DNA from: Candidatus Poribacteria bacterium
Lineage (GTDB): Bacteria; Poribacteria; WGA-4E; WGA-3G
DNA length: 64,000 nucleotides
Assembly (NCBI GenBank): GCA_965198235.1
Contig: OZ240248.1
Span: forward strand, 640,001 to 704,000
Direction of reading: 5' to 3'
A model generated the notes under the pieces. The model was not told the origin of the DNA. It saw nothing but the letters and a program-made list of their open reading frames with translations, and ran no database searches. A program made the translations under genes and the position numbers. Shown here in pieces: positions 1-8,694 of this stretch. Position 1 is the stretch's first letter, and each line of letters starts with the position of its first letter.

Positions 1-1
1 T

Positions 2-514
2 GACTGTTTTATCCACGCTGCCGGTGGGTTTTTCTCAACGGAACACGACATTACCAAGATGGACCCAGCGTATTGGGATGGGGCATTACAAAACAACTTG
101 CAAACGCTGTTCAACCCTGTGCGTCGGCTCGTGCCGGTTTTAGAAGCGCGTGGGGGTGGATGCCTTATTACTATTTCTGCGGGTGAACGGGTACGGCAAG
201 ATGCAAACAGTGCTTACGCCGTCGCGAAGGCAGGAATGGTCGCGGCAGCGAAAAACCTCGCGAAGGAATTGTATGATAAAAATATCCGCGTCCACGCGTT
301 GTCCCCGGGGATTATTTGGGATCCGTTGCCAGACGGAGAAATCGCCCCAGTAGCGACGCAACTGGAACGGCTTGGCAATCCAATTGATGTAGCTTATGCG
401 GCATTGTGGCTCTGCTCAGATGAGGCAGCGTGGGTTACAGGCTTGGAATTAACGATTGATGGTGGCGATTCACTGTTCATTGATTCGCCAATTCGCCGAG
501 AGTTTTTGGCGTAG
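2..514 (+). CDS. SDR family oxidoreductase (5'-truncated by window edge)
   Basis: Frame is open from position 2; YAVAK (YxxxK) catalytic motif; IRVHALSPG and WVTG..LTIDGG SDR C-terminal motifs. Confidence 0.9.
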   Translation, partial: DCFIHAAGGFFSTEHDITKMDPAYWDGALQNNLQTLFNPVRRLVPVLEARGGGCLITISAGERVRQDANSAYAVAKAGMVAAAKNLAKELYDKNIRVHALSPGIIWDPLPDGEIAPVATQLERLGNPIDVAYAALWLCSDEAAWVTGLELTIDGGDSLFIDSPIRREFLA

Positions 515-547
515 TAGGATTAATCCGAAAGGACCTTAACATGAACA

Positions 548-573
548 GGCGAGGCACAGAGACCTCGCCCTAC
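548..573 (-). repeat. GTAG-headed REP-like palindrome, possible terminator between convergent genes
   Basis: Minus strand reads GTAG-GGCGAGG-8 nt-CCTCGCC. Confidence 0.5.
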
Positions 574-589
574 AGCAAAATTCGTTGGA

Positions 590-1396
590 TTACCACTGCA
601 CCTGACAGAATTCTTCGTAATCGATTAACTCGTGGATGGTGGGATTTTCACCGCACATCGGGCAATCGTTATCTTGACGCAATTTCAGTCGCTTGAAATC
701 CATCGATAACGCGTCGAAAAGCAGAAGGCTCCCGATTAACGGATCGCCGATGTCCAGCAGGACTTTAATCGCTTCAACGGCTTGAATCGTTCCAATAATA
801 CCGGGCAACACGCCAAAAACGCCTGCCTCTTGACAGCTCGGTACCATTCCGGGTGGCGGCGGGTCGGGATAGATGCATCGATAACACGGTCCTTTGCCCG
901 GATAGAGGACAGAGACTCGTCCTTCAAACTGGAAGATGCTGCCATGCACAACCGGTTTTCCCAACATAACGGATGCGTCATTGAGTAAGTAACGCGTCGG
1001 TATGTTGTCGCACCCGTCTACAATCAGATCGTATTGTTCCAGAATCTGGAAGGCGTTTTCTGAGGTAATCCGTTCGTTATAGGGAATCACCTTGACATCA
1101 GGGTTCATCTCTGTGATAGTGGCTTCTGCGGATTTCGTCTTCGGGACACCGATGTCGCTGGTGCCGTGCAAAATTTGGCGTTGCAAATTACTGAGATCTA
1201 CCACGTCGTCGTCGATGATGCCGAGTGTGCCGACCCCTGCCGCGGCGAGGTAAACGCCGACTGGAGAGCCGAGTCCCCCTGCCCCGATGAGTAGCACTTT
1301 CGATTCAAGCAACCGCGTCTGACCCATCCCACCGACCTCTTTAAGAATGATATGCCGGCTGTAGCGTTCAATCTGTTCGTTGCTGAAGTTAAACAT
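590..1396 (-). CDS. moeB: MoeB/ThiF/HesA family adenylyltransferase (no rhodanese domain)
   Basis: Starts MFNFSNEQIERYSRH; GAGGLG, SNLQRQ, CYRC...CxxC Zn motifs and PSC active-site Cys; ATG lies 1 nt after the upstream stop. Confidence 0.92.
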   Translation of the reverse strand: MFNFSNEQIERYSRHIILKEVGGMGQTRLLESKVLLIGAGGLGSPVGVYLAAAGVGTLGIIDDDVVDLSNLQRQILHGTSDIGVPKTKSAEATITEMNPDVKVIPYNERITSENAFQILEQYDLIVDGCDNIPTRYLLNDASVMLGKPVVHGSIFQFEGRVSVLYPGKGPCYRCIYPDPPPPGMVPSCQEAGVFGVLPGIIGTIQAVEAIKVLLDIGDPLIGSLLLFDALSMDFKRLKLRQDNDCPMCGENPTIHELIDYEEFCQVQW

Positions 1397-1397
1397 C

Positions 1398-1976
1398 TTA
1401 GGCTCCCAAATTGGAGAGGAGTTCTGAAATTGGTTTATCCGAATTCGCTGAGATTCGCAAAGCGAACCGTTCGCGTGCGTCTTCGGAGGTGCGTTCCACC
1501 GCGAAATCGTCACCGCCGTACATCTGTTGTAGGACAGGTGTGAGTTCTGCCTGCACGGATGCCGCTGTTTCCGATGTATTCGGTACGACATTCCGATTGT
1601 TTATCATAAACAGGAGGTCTGCGCCGTTGAAATGCACTGCGTTTTCTAACTCTGCGGACGCTTCAAGTTGTTCGCATTTGGAAAGCACCTCTGTGAGTGC
1701 TTGGCGAATCTTGTCAGCATTGTCGCCTTCGACTGCATGCTTCCGGTTGTAGAGGAAACCGTGCTCATAGTAAGCGTTGTCAATGCTATAATTGGCTTGC
1801 TTCAAAATCAACAGTACACCCGGTCCTGCATCGACGTGCGAATAGTCGGCGTAGTTCAAATAATCTTCTGAATCAGCTTCCTCCATCCAACGGTTGAAGA
1901 CCTTGATGAAGTTGGTATAGTTGATTTTGCTATCTTCGGTTGCGAAAACCTTAATGTTAATTTGTTGTAGATCCAT
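1398..1976 (-). CDS. conserved hypothetical protein coupled to moeB
   Basis: 192-aa ORF with ADYSHVDAGPGVLL motif; stop abuts the moeB start (TAA-G-ATG). Confidence 0.8.
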   Translation of the reverse strand: MDLQQINIKVFATEDSKINYTNFIKVFNRWMEEADSEDYLNYADYSHVDAGPGVLLILKQANYSIDNAYYEHGFLYNRKHAVEGDNADKIRQALTEVLSKCEQLEASAELENAVHFNGADLLFMINNRNVVPNTSETAASVQAELTPVLQQMYGGDDFAVERTSEDARERFALRISANSDKPISELLSNLGA

Positions 1977-2118
1977 TCTGCTAAAAAATTTCCTATAAAC
2001 ATAACGCCCTGATGGGCTTTTCTTGTGAGAGCAGGCTTCACCCGCGATATTTTAGTCCCATCGTTTTAGAATTACCAGCACCCTATTCCTCCTGGATTCA
2101 TCACAATCTGCTGCTTTT

Positions 2119-2147
2119 ATTATACCGCAATTTGGTGGGAAAGTCAA
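2119..2147 (-). promoter_or_regulatory. sigma70-like promoter for the hypothetical-moeB pair
   Basis: TTGACT-17 bp-TATAAT. Confidence 0.7.
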
Positions 2148-2209
2148 TTTCTATTTTTTCCCAACTGCATGGCTCCATATACAATCTGAAAACCAGTTTC
2201 AATGCTTGT

Positions 2210-2467
2210 TTAATAGACGTTCCTACGATGTCCGACCCGGTGAACAATGATCTCCCGGGTAAGCCTATCAAAAGTATAGAGGATTCGATAATGCCGGGCG
2301 ACCGTTAAACTGAATTTATCGCTATGCTCGCCTTTTAATCTCTTATGTGGTTGGCTGTCGCAGGTTTCGCGTAACCGCTCCAGTTTGGTACGAACCCGGG
2401 CGCGGAGGGTCGCATCTAAACGCCGCAGATCCGCTCTGGCACTTGAGTCTATTTCCAATGTATACAC
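2210..2467 (-). CDS. RelE/ParE family toxin
   Basis: 85 aa, basic; YRILY..D...I.V.RVGHRRNVY RelE signature. Confidence 0.85.
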   Translation of the reverse strand: MYTLEIDSSARADLRRLDATLRARVRTKLERLRETCDSQPHKRLKGEHSDKFSLTVARHYRILYTFDRLTREIIVHRVGHRRNVY

Positions 2468-2469
2468 GA

Positions 2470-3171
2470 TTACTCTTCTTCAAATTCTGCAAAAACTTCT
2501 TCGAGAGAATAGGTCTTACCGCCAGCTTTCACGTCAGCAACACTTCGCCCCAGCTCTTCGGCAACCTCCGGGCGTATTTCGAGTCCTTCATCTGGGTCGT
2601 ATTCATAGGCTTCCAAGAACTGCTCCAATTCCAGATGACAGACAAAAAATTCATAAAATGCAGATTGCAACTGCAAATGATTTGCTACCGATGTGGGTTC
2701 CTTCATTAACTTAACCACCCGTTCTCGGGCGGCAAACAGTTCGGAATTCACGAGTGTCTCGGTGAACGTGTGGAATTTATCATCAGATAGTGCCGTCACC
2801 TTTATCGTCGGCACTGGCATATCAGGGATTCCGCCCAACCGCCGTGCCATGCGTCCCGCGTCTGAGGTCTTCCGTTCACCTTCGACTGCTGCCACGCGCT
2901 GTTTCAGATGCGCAAACTCTTGGCGTGCTTCACACGCTGCGAGCACACACGCCTCCTGCATATCTAAGTCAAATGCCAGATCATAGGAATAGGCTTCAAA
3001 CATTGCCCGGAACCCTTCTGTCAGTGTTTCTCGGTCAACACTCTGTGCAAGCAACATGACAAGTTCATCGCGATCAGCAAATAGCACCTCGTTCACGATC
3101 AGGCGGAGCCACTCTCGAAACTGCGCTGGTGTCATATCTGTGAGGGATAATTTTGTTTTCTTTACGTGCAT
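2470..3171 (-). CDS. putative antitoxin (long, internally duplicated)
   Basis: Directly upstream of RelE; acidic C-terminus DPDEGLEIRPEV...SLEEV resembles small RelE-linked antitoxins. Confidence 0.65.
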   Translation of the reverse strand: MHVKKTKLSLTDMTPAQFREWLRLIVNEVLFADRDELVMLLAQSVDRETLTEGFRAMFEAYSYDLAFDLDMQEACVLAACEARQEFAHLKQRVAAVEGERKTSDAGRMARRLGGIPDMPVPTIKVTALSDDKFHTFTETLVNSELFAARERVVKLMKEPTSVANHLQLQSAFYEFFVCHLELEQFLEAYEYDPDEGLEIRPEVAEELGRSVADVKAGGKTYSLEEVFAEFEEE

Positions 3172-3185
3172 TGAGATATCCTTGT

Positions 3186-3360
3186 TAGCAAACTCCTACG
3201 GGTAGGTGATAGCACCCACCGCCTAAAGGCGGGGGCTTCGGTTTCATAGCGACTGCGGTTTTCTCAAAGAGTCCACCGTCTGACTGTCGCTCCACCAGCG
3301 AGCTATTATCCTGTATCAGAACAGGTTTATCGTGTATCAAGACACGGCTACCCCAGCTCG
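3186..3360 (-). ncRNA. putative TnpB omegaRNA (reRNA) scaffold plus ~20-nt flanking guide
   Basis: Spans the tnpB 3' end and the right-end hairpin; AGCGAC/GTCGCT pairing; boundaries approximate. Confidence 0.6.
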
Positions 3361-4449
3361 CAAAATGTTTATCGCAGCATTTATATCTCTATCGTGAGAC
3401 GTGCTGCAGGAAGGACACGTCCAATATCTGTCCTCAAGTGTGAGGGTCTCATTTTTAGAGTCGCAGCCGTGGCAAACCTTTGTTGTCGGTTGCCATTGTC
3501 CTGCTTTCGCAAGCGTTTTTCCATATTTGGTACACATCCATTCAAGGATAAGTGAGAATTCACCAAAAGCGAGGTCAGAGACTTTACGACCCCACAGACG
3601 TTTCATACCTTCAAGGTTGAGTGTTTCAATCGCAAGCGTATCATACTTTCGCACAAGACGCAGAGCCACCTTGAAAAACCAGTCTCGCCTTCTGTTAGCA
3701 ATCTTTTTATGGAGACGTGCCAAGTGTCGTTTCGCACGATACCAAGCACCAGACCCCTTCTGTTTACGAGAGAGGGCTTTATGGGCGGATCGTATTGCAT
3801 TCAAACTTTGTTTGAAAAACTGGGGTGACTCTATTTTCATACCGTCTGAAAGTGTTAGAAAGGTTTTCATACCGAAGTCTGCCCCTGCCACACTACCGGT
3901 CAGTGGGAGTGCCTCGGTCGGTGCTGAATCCTCACAGACGAGATATAAATAGTAGTCGCCTACGGTATCACGTTTGATTGTTACTGTCTTTATCGTTCCC
4001 GTCCATTCACGGTGTTTCCAAAAGGTAAACGATTTCTTCAAACATTTAATATCGATACGATTGCCTTCTATCTCATACCCCGATTGTGTAAATGTCAATG
4101 AGTTATATCTATGCTGCGGTTTTATACGAGGCTTCCCCACTTTTCGGACAGTTCTGCCTTTGCCTCGGTCTTCAATGTTATCAAAGAAACGTTGATATCC
4201 TAAGTCAATACGACGGGCAACTTGCTGAATTACTTGACTCGGTAGTTGATTCCAGTGCGGCTTCGTTCTCCGTTTCAACTTCGTGATATGTCGGCATATC
4301 CGAGCGAAAGACGCATACTTGCCATAAATCCGATAGTAACGTCGCTGCAACTCAAGCAAGTGGACATGCACACCGTGCAAATCGTCTATCAGATTGCCAA
4401 TCTGTATGATATTAGATTGCTGATACAACTCATATTTTTCAGTTTTCAT
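3337..4449 (-). CDS. tnpB: RNA-guided endonuclease TnpB
   Basis: RuvC I (GADFGMK), II (AIETLN) and III (DRDINAA) acidic residues intact; CHGC/CPSC Zn ribbon; likely start MKTEKY at 4449. Confidence 0.95.
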   Translation of the reverse strand: MKTEKYELYQQSNIIQIGNLIDDLHGVHVHLLELQRRYYRIYGKYASFARICRHITKLKRRTKPHWNQLPSQVIQQVARRIDLGYQRFFDNIEDRGKGRTVRKVGKPRIKPQHRYNSLTFTQSGYEIEGNRIDIKCLKKSFTFWKHREWTGTIKTVTIKRDTVGDYYLYLVCEDSAPTEALPLTGSVAGADFGMKTFLTLSDGMKIESPQFFKQSLNAIRSAHKALSRKQKGSGAWYRAKRHLARLHKKIANRRRDWFFKVALRLVRKYDTLAIETLNLEGMKRLWGRKVSDLAFGEFSLILEWMCTKYGKTLAKAGQWQPTTKVCHGCDSKNETLTLEDRYWTCPSCSTSHDRDINAAINILRAGVAVS

Positions 4450-4460
4450 GGTTTTTTCAC

Positions 4461-4543
4461 GTATCACGCCTTTAACCCCGTTCAAGTGGGTAGGCAGACA
4501 CGCCACCAAGCGGTGACGCTTGAACTGTCTGCCAACGTGATAC
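4461..4543 (-). ncRNA. structured pseudoknotted 5' leader RNA of tnpB
   Basis: Four helices plus a perfect 7-bp bulge-loop pseudoknot (GUUCAAG/CUUGAAC). Confidence 0.6.
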
Positions 4544-4547
4544 AATC

Positions 4548-4576
4548 ATTATACCACAATCAAACGGATTTGTCAA
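4548..4576 (-). promoter_or_regulatory. perfect sigma70 promoter inside the IS, driving tnpB
   Basis: TTGACA-17 bp-TATAAT with extended -10 TG. Confidence 0.85.
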
Positions 4577-4729
4577 GGTTTTTTGCGGTCTTATATCCCA
4601 AAGCTGAAGCATTGGGCTTTACGACCGAAGTCCCGTAAAAAGGCGATTGGTCGCCTACACCCATTTTAGGTGAAAACGACAATCGCCAATAGTGTAAAGT
4701 TCGGCTTCGATGAACCGCAATCTTGGACT

Positions 4730-7174
4730 TTATTCGCCCTTCCGAACGGTAAGACGGTAGTGCTGTCCGACCTTCTTGGTGTCAACAACCTCATGTCCAT
4801 CGTTGGTGAGGCTCTTCGGTACGTTCTCAATCGGTTCGCCATCGTCAATGGTGACTTCGAGAAGTTGACCGAGTTGCATCGTTTCCAGCCGAATCTTTGC
4901 CTGGACATAGTTGAACGGGCAAGCGACACCCTTGAGGTCGAGGCTATCCACGATTTCCTCAACGGGTTTCTTCTTCTTGACAACCCTCGGCTTCCGTGCC
5001 GGTCGCGAGCGACGTGCTTTGAGACGGCTCTCTTCCTCTTCCTCCTGTTTGATGCGCATGCGTCCATAGACGTTATGCGATTCTTCAACGAAGAGTGTAG
5101 CTTCTTCAACCCGACGGTGTGCCAATTCGTGATCAAACGTAGAAGCATCCTCCTCTGTTACTTTGAAGATGTGCGCACCGTAACCGGGGAAGAAGTTACC
5201 GGGTTCAAAGAAATGGGTGCGGAATTCGTTGACGGTGATCGCGTCGTCAATATATTGCAAACCTACCGTTGTCTGAAGTCCGTCTGCGGCTCTGATCATT
5301 GCATCAAAAGCCAACTCCGCGGAATCCTGATATTCACCCCTTTCCAAGTTCAAGCCAGATTCATAGATAAGCCGATCTGCTTCTTCCAACTTCATAGAGA
5401 CGAGTGCTACTACCTCTCCTGCACATTCACCGACACCCGTCTTGAGTTGGTAATCTTTCGTGTCGCCGGTGTCCACATAGAATTCTGGTGCTTCCTCATA
5501 AGATGGAATCTTATCGTACTTGGACAAGATCTGCTTGATCTCCGCCTTACCGAGCCGTGCGACATAATCAGTGAAGGATTCTTCCTCATTTCGTTCCGCC
5601 GTGTACTTACCGGTTAATTCCTCAATGAACGTCGGAATATATTTGCCGTGAATTTTTCCAGTGGCAAGTCCGTAAGAATTGGCGTTTTCCACCATGTGTC
5701 CACCGAGTAGCACCTGATAATAAGGAGCAATATGCTCACCCATCCGGCGCGAGGAACCGAAGAAACCAATATTCGCGACATGATGCTGTCCACATGAGTT
5801 GGGGCATCCGCTAATCTTAATCCGAAAGTCTTTGATTTCATTCTGCACACCGGTTTCAATGAAATGGTTTCGCAGGTGCGCTGCCAGACCACGTGAAGAA
5901 GAAATACCGAGTTTGCAGGAGTCAGTACCAGGGCAAGCGGTAATATCAACCATAGATTCTGCCCCCGGGTCACCGAGACCAACCGCTTTCAATTCGCGAT
6001 AGAGTGCTGGCAGATCTGTCATCGTTACCCAGCGGAGAACGATGTTCTGCTCGACTGTGGCGCGGATGGTGTCTTTAACGTATTTCCGGGAAATGTCTGC
6101 CAAAGCACGCGTCTGATCTGCGGTAATATCCCCAAGAGGTAGCGTAATCGTCACAAAAGCGTAGCCGGGCTGACTCTGTAACCGCACATTAGATTGATAC
6201 CACTCTTCAAACGCTTCGGGTTTCGTGGTGCCGTTGAGCTGCGTCGGTGCCTTGAGAGGACTTTCGTTGTAAGCGTCGAGATTGTCCAGATAGTCCGTCC
6301 ATACGGGGTCATGCCGTAGCGTTTTTCGATCTTCAAGGACCTGTCTACGGAATTCCTCAATGCCATATTTCGCTATGACAAACTTTAAACGAGCCTTATT
6401 CCGATTTCTGCGTTCACCTAAACGGGTGAAGACTCTGCAAATTGATTGTGAAATCGGCAGGAGTTCTTCTGCGGCGACAAAATCATCAAACACTTTCGCC
6501 TGATGTGGTACTGCGCCGAGTCCGCCACCGACATAAAGTTTAAAACCGCGTTTGACTTCCCCGTCCACCTCTTTAACAGCGGCAACCGCACCGATGTCGT
6601 GCATATTTGCTAAACCGCACGCATGCTCTTCACATCCAGAAAATGCGATTTTGAACTTACGACCAAAGTCCTGCGCGTCTGGGTGCCCTAAAAGAAATGC
6701 AGACAACGCCTTTGAATAAGGTGTTACATCAAACGTTTCATCTTGGCACACACCGCTGAGAGGGCATGCTGTGACGTTTCGCACGACATTCCCGCACGCT
6801 TCTTTTGTCGTAATGTCAACACTGGCGAGGCGGCGCATCAACTCAGGGGTGTTGTTGATGTCTACGTAGTGGTATTGTACATCTTGACGTGTTGTAATGT
6901 GAATGATGTTGTCCGAGAATTCTTCAGCTACATCTGCTAACATTTCAAGTTGTACTGCTGTGAGTCCGCCAAATGGGATTTTAACACGGATCATCTGCGA
7001 TCTATCATCGCGCTGCCCGTAAACCCCGTGACGGAGTCTAAATTCGGTAAACAGAGTCTCTTCAACTTGGCCAGCTTGGACCCGACCAAGTTGTATCTCA
7101 TAAATTTCAATTTCGCGGGCAACATCAGCAGGGATAGCCGATGTATCATAGGGATCCGCGTATTCAATAGCCAT
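4730..7174 (-). CDS. siroheme sulfite/nitrite reductase fused to a HEPN-like helical domain and a C-terminal TusA/SirA sulfur-carrier domain
   Basis: TTRQDVQ, CGNVVRN, CPGTDSC...SGCPNSCGQH siroheme/[4Fe-4S] motifs; C-terminal LDLKGVACPFNYV...DDGEP TusA motif. Confidence 0.9.
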   Translation of the reverse strand: MAIEYADPYDTSAIPADVAREIEIYEIQLGRVQAGQVEETLFTEFRLRHGVYGQRDDRSQMIRVKIPFGGLTAVQLEMLADVAEEFSDNIIHITTRQDVQYHYVDINNTPELMRRLASVDITTKEACGNVVRNVTACPLSGVCQDETFDVTPYSKALSAFLLGHPDAQDFGRKFKIAFSGCEEHACGLANMHDIGAVAAVKEVDGEVKRGFKLYVGGGLGAVPHQAKVFDDFVAAEELLPISQSICRVFTRLGERRNRNKARLKFVIAKYGIEEFRRQVLEDRKTLRHDPVWTDYLDNLDAYNESPLKAPTQLNGTTKPEAFEEWYQSNVRLQSQPGYAFVTITLPLGDITADQTRALADISRKYVKDTIRATVEQNIVLRWVTMTDLPALYRELKAVGLGDPGAESMVDITACPGTDSCKLGISSSRGLAAHLRNHFIETGVQNEIKDFRIKISGCPNSCGQHHVANIGFFGSSRRMGEHIAPYYQVLLGGHMVENANSYGLATGKIHGKYIPTFIEELTGKYTAERNEEESFTDYVARLGKAEIKQILSKYDKIPSYEEAPEFYVDTGDTKDYQLKTGVGECAGEVVALVSMKLEEADRLIYESGLNLERGEYQDSAELAFDAMIRAADGLQTTVGLQYIDDAITVNEFRTHFFEPGNFFPGYGAHIFKVTEEDASTFDHELAHRRVEEATLFVEESHNVYGRMRIKQEEEEESRLKARRSRPARKPRVVKKKKPVEEIVDSLDLKGVACPFNYVQAKIRLETMQLGQLLEVTIDDGEPIENVPKSLTNDGHEVVDTKKVGQHYRLTVRKGE

Positions 7175-7351
7175 TCTGTCCTCCCTTAATTAACCTCGGA
7201 TTCGTAGTGGGCGTTGATTGATGTCCGATTGCTTTCTATTTACCTTAGCCGAAGTTTGTGTGCTGATTTGCATGGTATCCAGCCATTAGAAATCCTTTAA
7301 ATAGTATAGTATACTATAAATTGGAATAAAAATCAAGGATAATCTTCTGTT

Positions 7352-8446
7352 TTAAGTTTCCGGTGCATCTCCCCAATCCGGAATTGGGAGTAATTCGCCA
7401 TCCCGTAAAGCAGATTCATGTGCGACAAATCCGGGTGCGCAGTACCGAACTGCTTCCCAAACGTTGACGCGTGGCAATCGTTGGCGATTGACGGAATCCA
7501 CGAATTCGTGTACGAGATAGGCGTGTGAACCCCCATGTCCGCCGAGATCCGCTGCGAGTGCTTCCGGAAGATCTTCGTGAGACATTGAAGGTTCAACGAT
7601 TTCCCTCCCACGTTTGTCTGCCCAAACACTCCCTGCCAGACTCTGCTCGTAACTACCCTCTGTTCCGTAAATACCACTGATACGTTCAGATCCGGGGTGT
7701 CCAACCCGTCGGAACTCGCAGATTTGCATTGTTGCACCGTTGCTCATTGTGAAAAGCCCAACTTCGTTGGAGAATGGATTCTTGTGAATGGTATCCTTCC
7801 GAAACCAATCGTCGTTTGGATAGATGTACCCTTGTGCAGAGACCGACGTTGCGTGCGCCTTCATCACGGAGATAGGAAAGCAGGTTGAATGCGTCGGATA
7901 ATACATCGGAATATTACCACTCTTGTCGCGCCCCCAGAGCGCACCCCACCGATTTTTCGCGACATCGTAGAGTCCGTGACTCATGTCGTGAAAGTATTCA
8001 GCGCGGCAGTGAACAAACTCCCCGAACGCCTCTTCTGCTGCTTTCTGACGACAGAAGACGGTCTCCGGACGGAAATAACTCGTTTCACCATTCATGTAAA
8101 TCATTCCGGTTCGTTCAACTGTTCTGATAAGGGCTTCGCATTCATCCAGCGATGCCGTGGCAGGGACAGCGGTATAGACGTGTTTACCTGCTTCCATCGC
8201 TTGAATTGCCTGCGGTGCGTGCATCCAATGCTGGGTGATGATCACAAGGGCATCTAAATCCGATTTGCAGATGTCGTCAAGACTTGAGTAGGTCTCAGAA
8301 ACCCCAAACTGCTTTGCCCATTTTGTCAACCGGTCTTCGCGCAAATCACAGAGAGCAAGCCGATGTACATCTGGATGCGACTTATACGATTGGATAAACG
8401 CCGGTCCGAACATTCCCAAACCTACCATCCCGACACTGATACTCAT
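7352..8446 (-). CDS. Gfo/Idh/MocA family oxidoreductase
   Basis: VGMVGLG Rossmann motif; AGKHV; Y.H and GGHGGSH motifs. Confidence 0.9.
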   Translation of the reverse strand: MSISVGMVGLGMFGPAFIQSYKSHPDVHRLALCDLREDRLTKWAKQFGVSETYSSLDDICKSDLDALVIITQHWMHAPQAIQAMEAGKHVYTAVPATASLDECEALIRTVERTGMIYMNGETSYFRPETVFCRQKAAEEAFGEFVHCRAEYFHDMSHGLYDVAKNRWGALWGRDKSGNIPMYYPTHSTCFPISVMKAHATSVSAQGYIYPNDDWFRKDTIHKNPFSNEVGLFTMSNGATMQICEFRRVGHPGSERISGIYGTEGSYEQSLAGSVWADKRGREIVEPSMSHEDLPEALAADLGGHGGSHAYLVHEFVDSVNRQRLPRVNVWEAVRYCAPGFVAHESALRDGELLPIPDWGDAPET

Positions 8447-8512
8447 CTGTCACTCCTCCTTCACGCTTACAAGGCGTGCCTGCGGGGATTGAGGTGTAAA
8501 TTCTGTTATGAA

Positions 8513-8590
8513 ACGATAGCATGTATAGGAATTGCTGTCAAGTATATTTTTGAAGATATTTGTTGACAAAACCGCGAACAGCCTTATAAT
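8513..8590. promoter_or_regulatory. divergent sigma70-like promoter pair
   Basis: Minus strand TTGACA-17-TATCGT (8541-8513); plus strand TTGACA-16-TATAAT (8563-8590). Confidence 0.6.
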
Positions 8591-8694
8591 AAATGCAAAG
8601 TCACTGTAGGGTGTTACGAGCAAGCGCAAATTTAAACTGCAAGTTTTCCCTATAGGCGAAATCAAACTTCACCTTTGGAAGGAATTCACAACAA

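Larger units (their letters stand above)
3206..4634 (-). mobile_element. non-autonomous IS200/IS605-family (IS1341-like) element carrying tnpB only
   Basis: Left end (minus strand): TTAC target at 4635-4638, then AAAG guide at the foot of the hairpin CCCAATGCTTCAGCTTTGGG. Right end: GAAG-CCCCCGCCTTTAGGCGGTGGG hairpin ending in TCAC at 3206. Guide/cleavage pairs fit IS608-type rules. No tnpA present. Confidence 0.85.

Noticed and set aside
1397-1591. N-terminal extension of MoeB (333-aa ORF call)
   Set aside because: Overlaps the upstream gene; the family-typical start is MFNFSNEQ at 1396
4450-4640. tnpA (Y1 transposase) or the longer 402-aa tnpB start
   Set aside because: No HUH motif ORF; the region holds a promoter, a structured leader and the left-end hairpin
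4670-5617. 315-aa plus-strand ORF
   Set aside because: Antisense shadow of the sulfite reductase gene with no recognisable motifs
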